Assembly (NCBI GenBank): GCA_036383255.1
Contig: DASVOS010000013.1
Location: forward strand, 169,178-233,177
Source of the DNA: Gammaproteobacteria bacterium
Lineage (GTDB): Bacteria > Pseudomonadota > Gammaproteobacteria > Natronospirales > REEB76
Direction of reading: 5' to 3'
Length of the DNA stretch: 64,000 nucleotides
The notes below the pieces were generated by a model. It was not told where the DNA came from. It ran no database searches and saw only the letters and a list, made by a program, of their open reading frames with translations. Positions within the stretch are counted from its first letter, which is position 1; each line of letters begins with the position of its first letter. Shown here piece after piece: positions 1 to 10,319 of the stretch. A program made the position numbers and the translations under genes.

Positions 1-47
1 TTTTGACTTAATCCAGCGACGGCTGCATCACTCGACCAAGCGGGGGT

Positions 48-425
48 CTATCCCTCGGCCCTGAGCCAGTCCCAAGCAGCGACGGCGTCTTCAAATAGGC
101 GTACGAAGTAGCCGCGGTTGCGGCACACGTCCTCGTAGAACTCGAACAGCTCGCGCTTGTAGTTGTCGTGGGGCACCAACACCGCCACGCGGATGGCCCG
201 GGGCACCCCGGCCGCCTCGTAGCGGTCCGGCAGCTTGTAGATGTCGGTGACCGGGATCTCCATCTGCGCCGCACTGCAGTCCAGCATCACCCGCATCACG
301 CCCGTCTCCAGGATGCGCTCCAGGGTCTGCCGCGTCATGCCGGCGGATTCTGCCGGCGAGAGCAGTCCGCGGTAGGTGAGCAGCAGCACTTGGCCCTGCT
401 CGGCGAGTTCAAGCGTCCACGGCAT
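48..425 (-). CDS. hypothetical protein, 125 aa (no confident family; possibly a small STAS-like fold)
   Basis: Intact ORF with the GC3-rich codon usage of the window, 35 nt downstream of tdh on the same strand. No catalytic motif recognised. Confidence 0.5.
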   Translation of the reverse strand: MPWTLELAEQGQVLLLTYRGLLSPAESAGMTRQTLERILETGVMRVMLDCSAAQMEIPVTDIYKLPDRYEAAGVPRAIRVAVLVPHDNYKRELFEFYEDVCRNRGYFVRLFEDAVAAWDWLRAEG

Positions 426-460
426 GCGTCCCCCTCGAACGGCGCCGGGCTGGGATTAGC

Positions 461-1486
<1,026 letters not shown>

Positions 1487-1500
1487 GGGGATTCCTTGGA

Positions 1501-2709
1501 TTATTTGATGACGCCGTGCTTGCGGCCGACCTTGGCGAAGGCAGCAATGGCTCTATCTATATGTTCCGGCTCGTGGCCAGCGGACATCTGCGTACGGATG
1601 CGGGCCTGGTCCTTCGGCACCACCGGGAAGGAGAAGCCGATCACGTAGATGCCCTCCGCCAGCATGTCGTCGGCCATGGCCTTGGCGAGCCGCGCGTCCC
1701 CCAGCATCACGGGGATGATGGGGTGGTCCGCGCCGGCCAGCTTGAAGCCGAGCTTCTGCATGCCCTCGCGGAAGCGCTTGCTGTTGGCATGCACCTTCCT
1801 GATCAGGCTGTCGTCGCCCTCCAGCATGTCCAGCACCTTGAGAGAGGTGGCGGCGATGGCGGGCATCAGGGTGTTGGAGAAGAGGTAGGGGCGGGAGCGC
1901 TGGCGCAGCCACTCCACGATCTCCTTGCGCCCGGAGGTGTAGCCGCCCGAAGCGCCGCCCAGCGCCTTGCCGAGCGTGCCGGTGATGATGTCGATGCGGC
2001 CCATCACGCCGCGGAACTCGTGGCTGCCGCGGCCCTTCTCGCCCATGAACCCCACCGCGTGGGAGTCGTCCACCATCACCAGTGCCTGGTACTTGTCGGC
2101 CAGGTCGCAGATGCCCTTGAGGTCCGCGATGATCCCGTCCATGGAGAACACGCCGTCGGTGGCGATGAGCTTGTAGCGCGCGCCGGCCGCGTCCGCCTCC
2201 TTGAGCTTCGCCTCCAGGTCCGCCATGTCGTTATTGTTGTAGCGGAAGCGCTTGGCCTTGCACAGGCGCACGCCGTCGATGATGGAGGCGTGGTTCAGCG
2301 CGTCGCTGATCACCGCGTCCTGCTCGTCCAGGATGGTCTCGAACAGGCCGCCGTTCGCGTCGAAGCAGGACCCGTAGAGGATGGTGTCCTCCATCCCCAG
2401 GAACTTCGAGAGCCGGGCCTCCAGCTCCTTGTGCACCGTCTGGGTGCCGCAGATGAAGCGCACCGAGGACATGCCGAAGCCGAACTTGCCGAGCGACTCC
2501 TGGGCCGCCTTCACCAGCGCCGGATGGTCCGAGAGCCCCAGGTAGTTGTTGGCGCAGAAGTTCAGCACCTCCGCGCCGCCCTGCACCTTGATCGCCGCCT
2601 GCTGCGGCGTGCTGATCACCCGCTCGGTCTTGTACAGCCCCTGCTCGTGGAGGGCCTGGGTCTGCTGCTTGAGGTGGGCGAGGAGGGAGGGGTTCAAGGG
2701 AGGCTCCAT
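1501..2709 (-). CDS. kbl: 2-amino-3-ketobutyrate CoA ligase (glycine C-acetyltransferase)
   Basis: 402 aa alpha-oxoamine synthase family. [14 protein letters not shown] and the PLP-lysine region [15 protein letters not shown]. Paired with tdh. Confidence 0.95.
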   Translation of the reverse strand: MEPPLNPSLLAHLKQQTQALHEQGLYKTERVISTPQQAAIKVQGGAEVLNFCANNYLGLSDHPALVKAAQESLGKFGFGMSSVRFICGTQTVHKELEARLSKFLGMEDTILYGSCFDANGGLFETILDEQDAVISDALNHASIIDGVRLCKAKRFRYNNNDMADLEAKLKEADAAGARYKLIATDGVFSMDGIIADLKGICDLADKYQALVMVDDSHAVGFMGEKGRGSHEFRGVMGRIDIITGTLGKALGGASGGYTSGRKEIVEWLRQRSRPYLFSNTLMPAIAATSLKVLDMLEGDDSLIRKVHANSKRFREGMQKLGFKLAGADHPIIPVMLGDARLAKAMADDMLAEGIYVIGFSFPVVPKDQARIRTQMSAGHEPEHIDRAIAAFAKVGRKHGVIK

Positions 2710-2744
2710 AGGCCTAAAAACGCGGGCGCATTATACCAGCGTCC

Positions 2745-3075
2745 GAGAATGGCTCTTTTGTCCCCTGGCGTCGTTGCCTCGGGCCTCGTCATTTCGCTTC
2801 GCTATCCTGCTTCGCTCATGGTCCCGAGCGGACCTCCTGTCCGCTCGCACCCGCATGCGGGTGCCCTCACGTACTGAAGAGTACGCTCCGGTTGCTCGGC
2901 CGTCGGCGCCTAGCCAGGGGCCAAAATCCCTCATTCTCGGATGTCTCGAAAGCTACGCGCCTCACATATATGAAGGAGTACGCTCCCTCCGCGCAGCCGT
3001 CCATTCCTACCCTGGAAGCGAAATCTCTCGGTCCCGGGCGGCCCGGAAGGCGAGACTCTCAGGGCCGCGCAGATA
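2745..3075. repeat. structured intergenic repeat element (copy A of a dispersed hairpin-train family), containing two diverged ~100-bp tandem units
   Basis: Non-coding gap between kbl and the CPBP gene. Contains hairpin gagcggac/gtccgctc (2826-2846), a perfect 16-bp palindrome cacccgcatgcgggtg (2848-2863) and hairpin cgtact-gaag-agtacg. 2790-2815 matches 42302-42327 at 23/26, and 2864-2889 matches the reverse complement of 45272-45296 at 24/25. Boundaries are approximate. Confidence 0.6.
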
Positions 3076-3086
3076 GAGCGTCTTTG

Positions 3087-3803
3087 TTAGCCCGCCAGTG
3101 CGCCTGCGACGTGGAACGCCACATTGGCGAGGCTGTGTCCCAGCACCGGCACCAGCAGGCTCTTGGTCTTGAAGCGGAGCCAGCCGCCCGGGATGCTGCC
3201 GATGAAGGGGAAGAGTCCCGACATCACGTCGAACCCGATATGTCCATGGGAGTAGCTCAAGGCGTGCCAGATCCCGAATGTCACGGATGTCACGAGGATA
3301 ACGGCCCACGGGATGCCATCGACGTGGGGCTTGCGGTTGATGAGCATGAGGAGGATCGCCGGAGCGACGCCCCGATAGGCAAGTTCCTCCGCCAATCCCG
3401 GCATGGTCGCCTGGAACGCCAGCGTCTCCGCGTCCGGCACGCCGGGCTTGAACAGGAACCCGAGGCAGGCTCCCCACACGATGAAGAGGCCCAAGGCGAT
3501 CCATGCGATGCGGGGATGCTCCTGCCTGCGCAGGCCGACGGCGTCGGGCGAAAGGCGCAGCGAGATGATGACGATCGCCGCGAACATCAGGCTCAGGATC
3601 TTTCCGGTCCAATTCCAGTGTCCTGGGATGAGGTCGAGTGCCGGCAAGAGAGCGGGAAGGCCGGTCACGAAGTCGTCCAGCGAGAGGTAAAGAGCGAAGA
3701 GCACCGCTCCCACCAGGAGGATGCGCCTGTCCAGGCTCTTTGCTAGCAAGGCGAGCACCAGTGCGGCGGACATGAAGGTCAGGGAGAACATCAGCGTATC
3801 CAT
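3087..3803 (-). CDS. CPBP family intramembrane glutamic endopeptidase (CAAX protease-like)
   Basis: 238 aa, multi-TM. Canonical CPBP motifs EELAYRG (EExxxR), FGIWH (FxxxH) and HSLAN (HxxxN). Confidence 0.8.
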   Translation of the reverse strand: MDTLMFSLTFMSAALVLALLAKSLDRRILLVGAVLFALYLSLDDFVTGLPALLPALDLIPGHWNWTGKILSLMFAAIVIISLRLSPDAVGLRRQEHPRIAWIALGLFIVWGACLGFLFKPGVPDAETLAFQATMPGLAEELAYRGVAPAILLMLINRKPHVDGIPWAVILVTSVTFGIWHALSYSHGHIGFDVMSGLFPFIGSIPGGWLRFKTKSLLVPVLGHSLANVAFHVAGALAG

Positions 3804-4037
3804 CGATACCCTCCAAGAGATTGCGGTCTGGCACGGGCGATGTTTCGCGGGTCTTAAAGCAGCTACCGGACTGCAGAGGAGGATATTCCATAACGCTGTC
3901 CGGCACCTGCCGGGCGATGTCGGTCAACCCCCTCGGGGAGGGGCTATCGGCTTTTCCTCTGCTGTGCTGAGATGGCCTCCATGCGAAGTGACTGTCACAA
4001 AAGATTCACATAGTGGGGGGTTAAACGGTTAAATCAG

Positions 4038-4436
4038 ATGCGCGAGAAAGCAGGAGACGTCAGGTTGGATAAGTGGCTCTGGGCGGCCCGTCTATATAAG
4101 ACGCGCAGCCTCGCCACCGTCGCCATCAACGGCGGCAAGGTGCATGTGGACGGCGTCCGCGTGAAGCCTTCCCGTGACGCGCGCATCGGCGACACCGTCT
4201 CCCTGACCCGCGGCACCGGGTCCCTGGAAGTCATCGTGCGCGCTTTGTCAGACAAGCGCGGCCCCGCGACTCAAGCCCAGGCGCTCTACGAGGAGACCAG
4301 CGCCAGCATCGACGAGCGCGCCGCCCGCGCGGTGCTGCGCAAGAGCAAGGCGCTCAAGAACCCCGCGCCTGAGAAGCGGCCCGACAAGAGAGACAGGCGC
4401 CACATCATCAAGTTCACGCGCAAGGGAGAGGTCTGA
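4038..4436 (+). CDS. hslR: ribosome-associated heat shock protein Hsp15 (S4 RNA-binding domain)
   Basis: 132 aa. N-terminal S4 motif [29 protein letters not shown] and a basic C-terminal tail. Confidence 0.85.
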   Translation: MREKAGDVRLDKWLWAARLYKTRSLATVAINGGKVHVDGVRVKPSRDARIGDTVSLTRGTGSLEVIVRALSDKRGPATQAQALYEETSASIDERAARAVLRKSKALKNPAPEKRPDKRDRRHIIKFTRKGEV

Positions 4437-4867
4437 TGGGTAGACCAGTCACGCCCATCATCGCCGCCGACATCATCATCGAGCTGCTCGACCAGCCTGG
4501 CCGTCCCATCGTGCTCATCGAGCGCAAGAACCCGCCCCACGGCTGGGCCATCCCCGGCGGCTTCGTGGACGTGGGCGAGACTCTCGAGCACGCAGCGGTC
4601 CGGGAAGCGGAGGAGGAGACAGGCCTCAAGGTGAAGCTCAAGGCCCTGCTGGGTAACTACTCTGACCCGGACCGCGACCCGCGCGGCCACACCGTCACCG
4701 CCGTCTACGTGGCCGAAGCTCACGGCTCGCCGACGGCGGGGGACGATGCCAAGAACGTGCAGGTCTTCGACCCTCTGCATCCTCCAGCGCTCGCCTTCGA
4801 TCATGCGATCGTGCTCGCGGACTATCGCCGTTTCCGCGAGACGGGGCTGGTTGCCCCCTTACGGTAG
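4436..4867 (+). CDS. NUDIX hydrolase
   Basis: 143 aa. Nudix box [24 protein letters not shown]. The start codon overlaps the hslR stop (TGATG). Confidence 0.85.
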   Translation: MGRPVTPIIAADIIIELLDQPGRPIVLIERKNPPHGWAIPGGFVDVGETLEHAAVREAEEETGLKVKLKALLGNYSDPDRDPRGHTVTAVYVAEAHGSPTAGDDAKNVQVFDPLHPPALAFDHAIVLADYRRFRETGLVAPLR

Positions 4868-5178
4868 TGGTCGACACCTCTTTCTTGGATTACGTCTTGG
4901 AGCAATTGGCCGAAGCCAAGGGCATCAAGACACGCTCTATGTTTGGAGGCACCGGCCTTTACATGGGCGAAGCCTTCTTCGGGATAGTGCACAAGGGCGC
5001 GCTCTACTTCCGCACCGACGAGGCCAGCCGGCCTGCCTATGTCAAAGCCGGCAGCAAGCCCTTCAATCCGAAAGGCAAGCAAGAGCTACATCGCTACTAC
5101 GAGGTGCCCGCGGACATCCTCGAGGACGCCGAAACGCTGCAGAAATGGGCGCGTACGGCGGTGGCAGGGCGGGACTGA
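4867..5178 (+). CDS. TfoX N-terminal domain protein
   Basis: 103 aa with the MFGGTGLY..GIV..GALYFRTDE pattern typical of the TfoX/Sxy N-domain. The GTG start shares one base with the nudix stop. Confidence 0.7.
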   Translation: MVDTSFLDYVLEQLAEAKGIKTRSMFGGTGLYMGEAFFGIVHKGALYFRTDEASRPAYVKAGSKPFNPKGKQELHRYYEVPADILEDAETLQKWARTAVAGRD

Positions 5179-5210
5179 TGCCCGGCGGGGCGAAAATCCC
5201 ACGTCCCTCC

Positions 5211-5218
5211 TATATAAT
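5211..5218 (+). promoter_or_regulatory. candidate -10 element (TATATAAT) for the arn operon
   Basis: Perfect TATAAT within tatataat, 35 nt upstream of the arnT ATG in a 74-nt gap. No good -35 hexamer is seen. Confidence 0.35.
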
Positions 5219-5252
5219 CTGCGGCCTTTCCTCCCTCGGGCCCGCGCCAGCC

Positions 5253-6899
5253 ATGGTTCTTAGCACCCGTGCCAAGACGCTCGTGGCTGTGCTGCTCCTG
5301 GCCCTGGCCTGGTTCACCGGGCTCGGCCACCGCGACCTGTTCCAGACCGACGAGGGCCGCTACGCCGAGATCCCGCGCGAGATGCTGGTCACCGGCGACT
5401 GGGTCACGCCGCGCCTCGACGGCTTCCACTATTTCGAGAAACCGCCGCTGCAGTATTGGGCGACCGCCGTGGCCTACGAGGCCTTCGGCGTCTCCAACGC
5501 CACCTCGCGCCTGTGGACTGCGCTGCTGGGCTTCCTCGGCATCCTGATGACGGCCTACACCGCCCGCCGCCTGTTCGACGCGCGCACCGCCTGGTGCGCC
5601 GCGCTGGTGCTCGCGGGCAGCGCTTATTACGCCGTCATGGGGCACTTCAACACCCTCGACATGGGCGTGACGTTCTTCATGAGCGCGAGCCTGTTCGGCT
5701 TCTTGCTGTCCATGGCCGCGGCGGATCCGAAAGCCCGGCGCGGTTTCATGTACCTCGCCTGGGCCGCTGCGGCCCTCGCCACCCTGAGCAAGGGCCTCGA
5801 GGCGGTGGTGCTGCCGGGCGCGGTGTTCATGCTCTACGTGCTCATCACGCGGGAATGGTTCCGGTTCAGGCAGCTCCATGCCCTGGGTGGCCTCCTCATA
5901 TACATGGTGATCACGGCACCCTGGTTCGTCCTGGTGAGCCTGCGCAACCCCGGCTTCGCCCAGTTCTTCTTCATCCACGAGCACTTCCAGCGCTTCCTCA
6001 CCACCGTGCATCACCGCGTGGAGCCCTGGTGGTTCTTCATCCCCATCCTGCTGTTCGGCCTGTTCGCTTTCCTGCCGCAGTTCCTGCGCGCCGCCGCCGC
6101 GCTGTTCCGGCGCGGGACCTACGCCGCGGAGCCCGGCCGCTTCAACAGCCTGCTGTTCCTGTGGCTCTGGTGCGGGTTCATCTTCCTGTTCTTCTCGCTC
6201 TCCGACTCCAAGCTCGGCAGCTACATCCTGCCCATCTTCCCGGCGCTGGCCTTGCTGGTGGGGCGCGAGCTCGCCCTGCTGCGCCGGCGCGACGCCATGC
6301 TGAGCGCCTTCCTCTGCGCGATCCTGGCGGTGCTGGCCCTGTGGCAGGCCCCGGGGCTGCAGCAGCACACCGACAAGCTGCCGCTGGAGCTGTACCAGGC
6401 CTTCCTGCCCTGGCTCGGCACCGGCATCTGCGTCGTGTTGCTGGCGTCGGCGGCGGGGTTCTTCCTGGCCCACTTCGGCAAGGTCGCCGCTGGCCTCGCG
6501 GTGATGACCGCGGGCCTCTTCGCCGGCACCCAGGTGCTCGCCCTCGGCGCCCAGGCCCTGTCGCCGGCCTACTCCCAGAGGAGCCTGGCGGACCAGATGG
6601 CCCCGAGCCTCACGGCGGACATGCCTATATATAGTCTCGAGGACTACCCCCAGTCCCTGCCGTTCTACCTCGGTCGCACCCTCACCGTGGTCGCCTACAT
6701 GGGCGAGCTGGAATACGGCATCGGCCGGCAGCAGGAGAAGTGGATTCCGGAGCTGCGGGCTTTTGCCTCACAATGGCGGTCCGGCGGGCCCGCCCTGGCG
6801 GTGATGCCGCCGGACATGTATGACACGCTGGCAAGACAAGGCCTGCCCATGACGGTCATCGGCCGGGACCCGCAACACGTCGCCGTGAGGAAACCATGA
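5253..6899 (+). CDS. arnT: undecaprenyl phosphate-alpha-L-Ara4N:lipid A transferase (GT family 39/83 type)
   Basis: The ORF-track entry 4746..6899 is trimmed to ATG 5253, since the upstream part overlaps tfoX. About 12 TM segments with N-terminal TDEGRYAEIPREM..FEKPPLQYW, characteristic of ArnT/PMT_2. First gene of the arn cluster. Confidence 0.88.
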   Translation: MVLSTRAKTLVAVLLLALAWFTGLGHRDLFQTDEGRYAEIPREMLVTGDWVTPRLDGFHYFEKPPLQYWATAVAYEAFGVSNATSRLWTALLGFLGILMTAYTARRLFDARTAWCAALVLAGSAYYAVMGHFNTLDMGVTFFMSASLFGFLLSMAAADPKARRGFMYLAWAAAALATLSKGLEAVVLPGAVFMLYVLITREWFRFRQLHALGGLLIYMVITAPWFVLVSLRNPGFAQFFFIHEHFQRFLTTVHHRVEPWWFFIPILLFGLFAFLPQFLRAAAALFRRGTYAAEPGRFNSLLFLWLWCGFIFLFFSLSDSKLGSYILPIFPALALLVGRELALLRRRDAMLSAFLCAILAVLALWQAPGLQQHTDKLPLELYQAFLPWLGTGICVVLLASAAGFFLAHFGKVAAGLAVMTAGLFAGTQVLALGAQALSPAYSQRSLADQMAPSLTADMPIYSLEDYPQSLPFYLGRTLTVVAYMGELEYGIGRQQEKWIPELRAFASQWRSGGPALAVMPPDMYDTLARQGLPMTVIGRDPQHVAVRKP

Positions 6900-7267
6900 A
6901 CCTCGTCAGTTTCGCCCTGGTGCTCACCGGCGTGCTGCTCAACGCGGCGGCCCAGCTCCTGCTCAAGGCGGGGGTGAAGGACCTGGGTGTCATCCAATTG
7001 ACGCCTGCCACGATATGGAGCGCAGGCCTCAAGCTCGCGCTGGAGCCCCACATCCTCACCGGCCTGTTCTGCTATGCCGTGAGCGTGGTGGTGTGGATCC
7101 TGGCGCTGTCGCGGGTGCAGGTGAGCATCGCTTACCCGATGCTGTCCCTGGGTTACGTGGTCACGGCGTTCATCGCCTGGGCCTTCATGGGCGAGGCCGT
7201 GAATGCGATGCGTCTCACCGGCATCGGGGTGATCATCGTGGGCGTCTTCCTCGTGGCCCGCAGCTGA
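6896..7267 (+). CDS. small EamA/SMR-like 4-TM protein, probable Ara4N-undecaprenyl-phosphate flippase subunit (ArnE/ArnF-like)
   Basis: 123 aa with four hydrophobic helices. ATGA overlap with the arnT stop. Only one such gene is present, whereas E. coli has arnE plus arnF. Confidence 0.7.
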   Translation: MNLVSFALVLTGVLLNAAAQLLLKAGVKDLGVIQLTPATIWSAGLKLALEPHILTGLFCYAVSVVVWILALSRVQVSIAYPMLSLGYVVTAFIAWAFMGEAVNAMRLTGIGVIIVGVFLVARS

Positions 7268-7279
7268 CTTATAAGGTTG

Positions 7280-8416
7280 ATGATGAGTAACAAGGATTAT
7301 CTGCCTTTCACCCGTCCCACCCTCGATGAGGAGACCATCCAGGGGGTGGCGGACGTGCTGCGCTCAGGGTGGATCACCTCCGGCCCCATGGTGGAGCAGC
7401 TGGAGAAGGGCCTCAGCGACTATCTCGGCGGCCAGCGCCAAGTGCGCACCTACCTGCACGCCACCGGCGCGATGGAAGAGGCGCTGGTGATGGCCGGCAT
7501 CGGCCCGGGGGACGAGGTCATCGTCCCGGCCATGACCTTCGCCGCCACCGCCAACGTGGTGGTGCGCGTGGGCGCCAAGCCCGTGCTGGTGGACGTGGAC
7601 CTGCGCAGCCGCGCCATGCTCATGGACCAGGCCGCCGCCGCCGTCACCCCCAAGACCCGCGCCATCATGCCGGTGCACCTCAACGGCATGGCCGCTGACC
7701 TGGATGCGGTGTACGCGCTGGCCAAGAAGCACGGCCTGCGTGTCATCGAGGACGCGGCCCAGGCCATCGGCACCGAATATAAAGGCAAGCGCGTCGGCTC
7801 CTTCGGCGACATCGTGGTGTTCAGCTTCCACGCCAACAAGAACCTCACCACCATCGAGGGCGCAGCGGTGTCCGTGGCGACGCCGGAGGAGGCGCGGCGC
7901 CTCGAGATCCTGCGCTTCCACGGCATCACCAAGTTCCCGGACGGGACCATGGACATCACCGAGGCCGCCAGCAAGCACAACATGACGGACGTGGCCGCCC
8001 GCGTCGGCATAGGGCAGCTGAAGCGCCTGGACGAGTTCAACAAGAAGCGCCGCGAGCTGGCCTACCGTTATTTCGAGCTCTTGGCGGACGAGTCCCTGGT
8101 CGTGCTGCCCGCCAAGGGCGACGCCGGCCACAGCTGGCACATGTTCACGCCGCTGCCTCTATATAAGAAGTACGGCCTGGACCGGAACGCCCTCAAGCAG
8201 CGCATGCACGCCCAGGGGATCGGCCTCGGCATCCACTACCAGGCCCTCAACCAGTTCAGCTTCTACAAGAAGATGGGATATAAGGAAGGCCAGTTCCCCA
8301 ACGCCGAGCGCATCGGCAGCGAGACCCTGACCTTCCCCCTATTCCCCACCATGCAGATGTCGGACGTGGACAGGGTCTGCGATGCCCTGCGACACTGTCT
8401 CACGCAGAAGGCCTGA
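7280..8416 (+). CDS. arnB: UDP-4-amino-4-deoxy-L-arabinose--oxoglutarate aminotransferase (DegT/DnrJ/EryC1 family)
   Basis: About 378 aa. PLP-lysine region FSFHANKNLTT. Start is ambiguous (TTG 7277, ATG 7280 or ATG 7283), with an AAGG Shine-Dalgarno sequence at 7272. Confidence 0.9.
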   Translation: MMSNKDYLPFTRPTLDEETIQGVADVLRSGWITSGPMVEQLEKGLSDYLGGQRQVRTYLHATGAMEEALVMAGIGPGDEVIVPAMTFAATANVVVRVGAKPVLVDVDLRSRAMLMDQAAAAVTPKTRAIMPVHLNGMAADLDAVYALAKKHGLRVIEDAAQAIGTEYKGKRVGSFGDIVVFSFHANKNLTTIEGAAVSVATPEEARRLEILRFHGITKFPDGTMDITEAASKHNMTDVAARVGIGQLKRLDEFNKKRRELAYRYFELLADESLVVLPAKGDAGHSWHMFTPLPLYKKYGLDRNALKQRMHAQGIGLGIHYQALNQFSFYKKMGYKEGQFPNAERIGSETLTFPLFPTMQMSDVDRVCDALRHCLTQKA

Positions 8417-8425
8417 GGGAGACGC

Positions 8426-9379
8426 ATGAGCGACAAGCGCGCACCTGAGTTATCGGTAGTGATACCGGTCTACAACGAGCAGGAGTCCCTGGAGACCCTG
8501 TTCAGGCGCCTGTATCCCGCGCTCGACGCCCTGGGCCGCGAGTACGAGGTCATCTTCGTGGACGACGGCAGCGCCGACCGCTCCGCCGCGATGCTGAGGG
8601 AGCAGTTCGGCAAGCGCGAGGACGCGACCCGCGTGGTGCTGCTGCAGAGCAACTTCGGCCAGCACGCGGCCATCCTCGCCGGCTTCGAGGTGTCGCGCGG
8701 CGACGCCGTGGTCACGCTGGACGCGGACCTGCAGAACCCGCCGGAGGAGATCGGCAACCTCCTGAAGAAGATGGACGAGGGCTACGACTACGTCGGCACC
8801 ATCCGCCGCAGCCGCCGGGACGTGGCCTGGCGCAAGTACGCCTCCCGCGCCATGAACCGCCTGCGCGAGCGCATCACCAAGGTCAAGATGACGGACCAGG
8901 GCTGCATGCTGCGCGCCTATTCGCGGCATGTCATAGATGCGATAAACAACACCAGCGAGATCAACACCTTCATCCCGGCGCTGGCTTACCTGTACGCGCT
9001 CAAGCCCGTCGAGATCGAGGTGGAGCACGACGAGCGCGAGGCGGGGGAGTCCAAGTACTCCCTCTACAAGCTCATCCGCCTCAACTTCGACCTGGTCACC
9101 GGCTTCTCGGTGGTGCCGCTGCAGGTGTTCTCGTTATTCGGCGTCATCATCGCCGCCGGCTCGTTCTTCCTGTTCCTGTTCCTGGTGCTGTACCGCATCC
9201 TGTATCCGGAAGGCACGGTGCAGGGCGTGTTCACCCTGTTCGCCCTGGCGTTCTTCTTCATCGGCATCCTGCTGTTCGGCATCGGCCTGCTCGGCGAGTA
9301 CGTGGGCCGCATCTACCAGGAGGTGCAGCGCCGGCCGCGCTTCCTGATCCGCAGCATCCTCGAGAAGCAGTCGCGATGA
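8426..9379 (+). CDS. arnC: undecaprenyl-phosphate 4-deoxy-4-formamido-L-arabinose transferase (GT2)
   Basis: 317 aa. GT2 motifs VVIPVYNE, FVDDGSAD, DADLQNPPEE and two C-terminal TM helices. Confidence 0.9.
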   Translation: MSDKRAPELSVVIPVYNEQESLETLFRRLYPALDALGREYEVIFVDDGSADRSAAMLREQFGKREDATRVVLLQSNFGQHAAILAGFEVSRGDAVVTLDADLQNPPEEIGNLLKKMDEGYDYVGTIRRSRRDVAWRKYASRAMNRLRERITKVKMTDQGCMLRAYSRHVIDAINNTSEINTFIPALAYLYALKPVEIEVEHDEREAGESKYSLYKLIRLNFDLVTGFSVVPLQVFSLFGVIIAAGSFFLFLFLVLYRILYPEGTVQGVFTLFALAFFFIGILLFGIGLLGEYVGRIYQEVQRRPRFLIRSILEKQSR

Positions 9380-10317
9380 GCCCGCGCGTCGGCTCCGCCA
9401 GCGCGGTGGTGTTCGCCTACCATGACGTGGGCGTGCGCTGCCTGTCGGTGCTGCTCGCCTACGGCGTGCGCGTGAGCCTGGTGGTCACCCACGAGGACGA
9501 CCCCAACGAGAAGATATGGTTCGGCAGCGTCAAGAAGCTCGCCGAGCTGAACGGCATCCCGGTGGCGACGCCGGCGGACCCGAACACGGGCGAGCTCGCC
9601 GCGCGCATCGAGGCACTCAAGCCCGACTTCCTGTTCTCCTTCTACTACCGCTTCATGCTGGGCGAGCGGCTGCTCGGCATCGCCCCGCGCGGCGCCCTCA
9701 ACATGCATGGCTCGCTCCTGCCCAAGTACCGCGGCCGGGTGCCGGTGAACTGGGCGGTGCTCCACGGCGAGCGCCAGACCGGCGCGAGCCTGCACTACAT
9801 GGAGGCCAAGCCGGACGCCGGCGACCTCGTCGACCAGCAGGCGGTGCCGATCCTACCGGACGACACCGCGAGCGAGGTGTTCGCCAAGGTCACGGTGGCG
9901 GCGGAGCAGGTGCTGGACCGCAGCCTGCCGTCCCTGGTGCTCGGCACCGCGGCCCGCCAGCCGCTGGACCTCAAGGCCGGCAGCTACTACGGCCGCCGCC
10001 GCCCGGAGGACGGGCGCATAGACTGGAAGCAGCCCGCCTGGAGCGTGCACAACCTGGTCCGGGCCGTGGCGCCGCCTTATCCGGGCGCCTACAGCACGGC
10101 GGGCGGCAAGCCCCTCAAGGTGCTGCGCAGCCATTATCCTGACGAGGCGGCGAAGAACCCGCAGCCGACCTTATATATGGAGTCCACGGGCCGCTGCTAT
10201 GCCGATTGCGGCGACGGCAAGCGCATCGAGATACTGGCCCTCGAGCTGGATGGCCGCACGCTGGATGCCGCGCAGCTCGCGCAGCACCTGAACAGACCGC
10301 TTTCATTGGGAGATTGA
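9376..10317 (+). CDS. arnA: UDP-Ara4N formyltransferase (stand-alone N-terminal half of ArnA)
   Basis: 313 aa. Formyltransferase catalytic motif NMHGSLLPKYRGRVPVNWA. ATGA overlap with arnC. Ends 2 nt before the decarboxylase gene. Confidence 0.88.
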   Translation: MSPRVGSASAVVFAYHDVGVRCLSVLLAYGVRVSLVVTHEDDPNEKIWFGSVKKLAELNGIPVATPADPNTGELAARIEALKPDFLFSFYYRFMLGERLLGIAPRGALNMHGSLLPKYRGRVPVNWAVLHGERQTGASLHYMEAKPDAGDLVDQQAVPILPDDTASEVFAKVTVAAEQVLDRSLPSLVLGTAARQPLDLKAGSYYGRRRPEDGRIDWKQPAWSVHNLVRAVAPPYPGAYSTAGGKPLKVLRSHYPDEAAKNPQPTLYMESTGRCYADCGDGKRIEILALELDGRTLDAAQLAQHLNRPLSLGD

Positions 10318-10319
10318 AC

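Noticed and set aside
2546-3927. ORFs 2546-3076, 2731-2934, 2892-3746 and 3007-3927 as possible genes in the kbl / CPBP gap.
   Set aside because: They run through the hairpin-train repeat element and/or antisense to the CPBP protease gene. Their composition and the repeat structure explain them better than coding potential does.
4746-5252. Long N-terminal extensions in the ORF track: 4746 for arnT, 24719 for the copA-coupled protein, 34944 for metH, 14826 for the P-loop-like gene, 50991 for the glycosylase, 57146 for the FGGY kinase, 29948 for DUF1801, 52010 for the BON protein and 54016 for the lipoprotein.
   Set aside because: The extensions overlap well-supported upstream genes in another frame and translate to low-complexity Arg/Pro/Gly sequence. 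Internal starts coincide with stop/start overlaps (ATGA/GTGA), Shine-Dalgarno motifs, signal peptides or conserved family N-termini.
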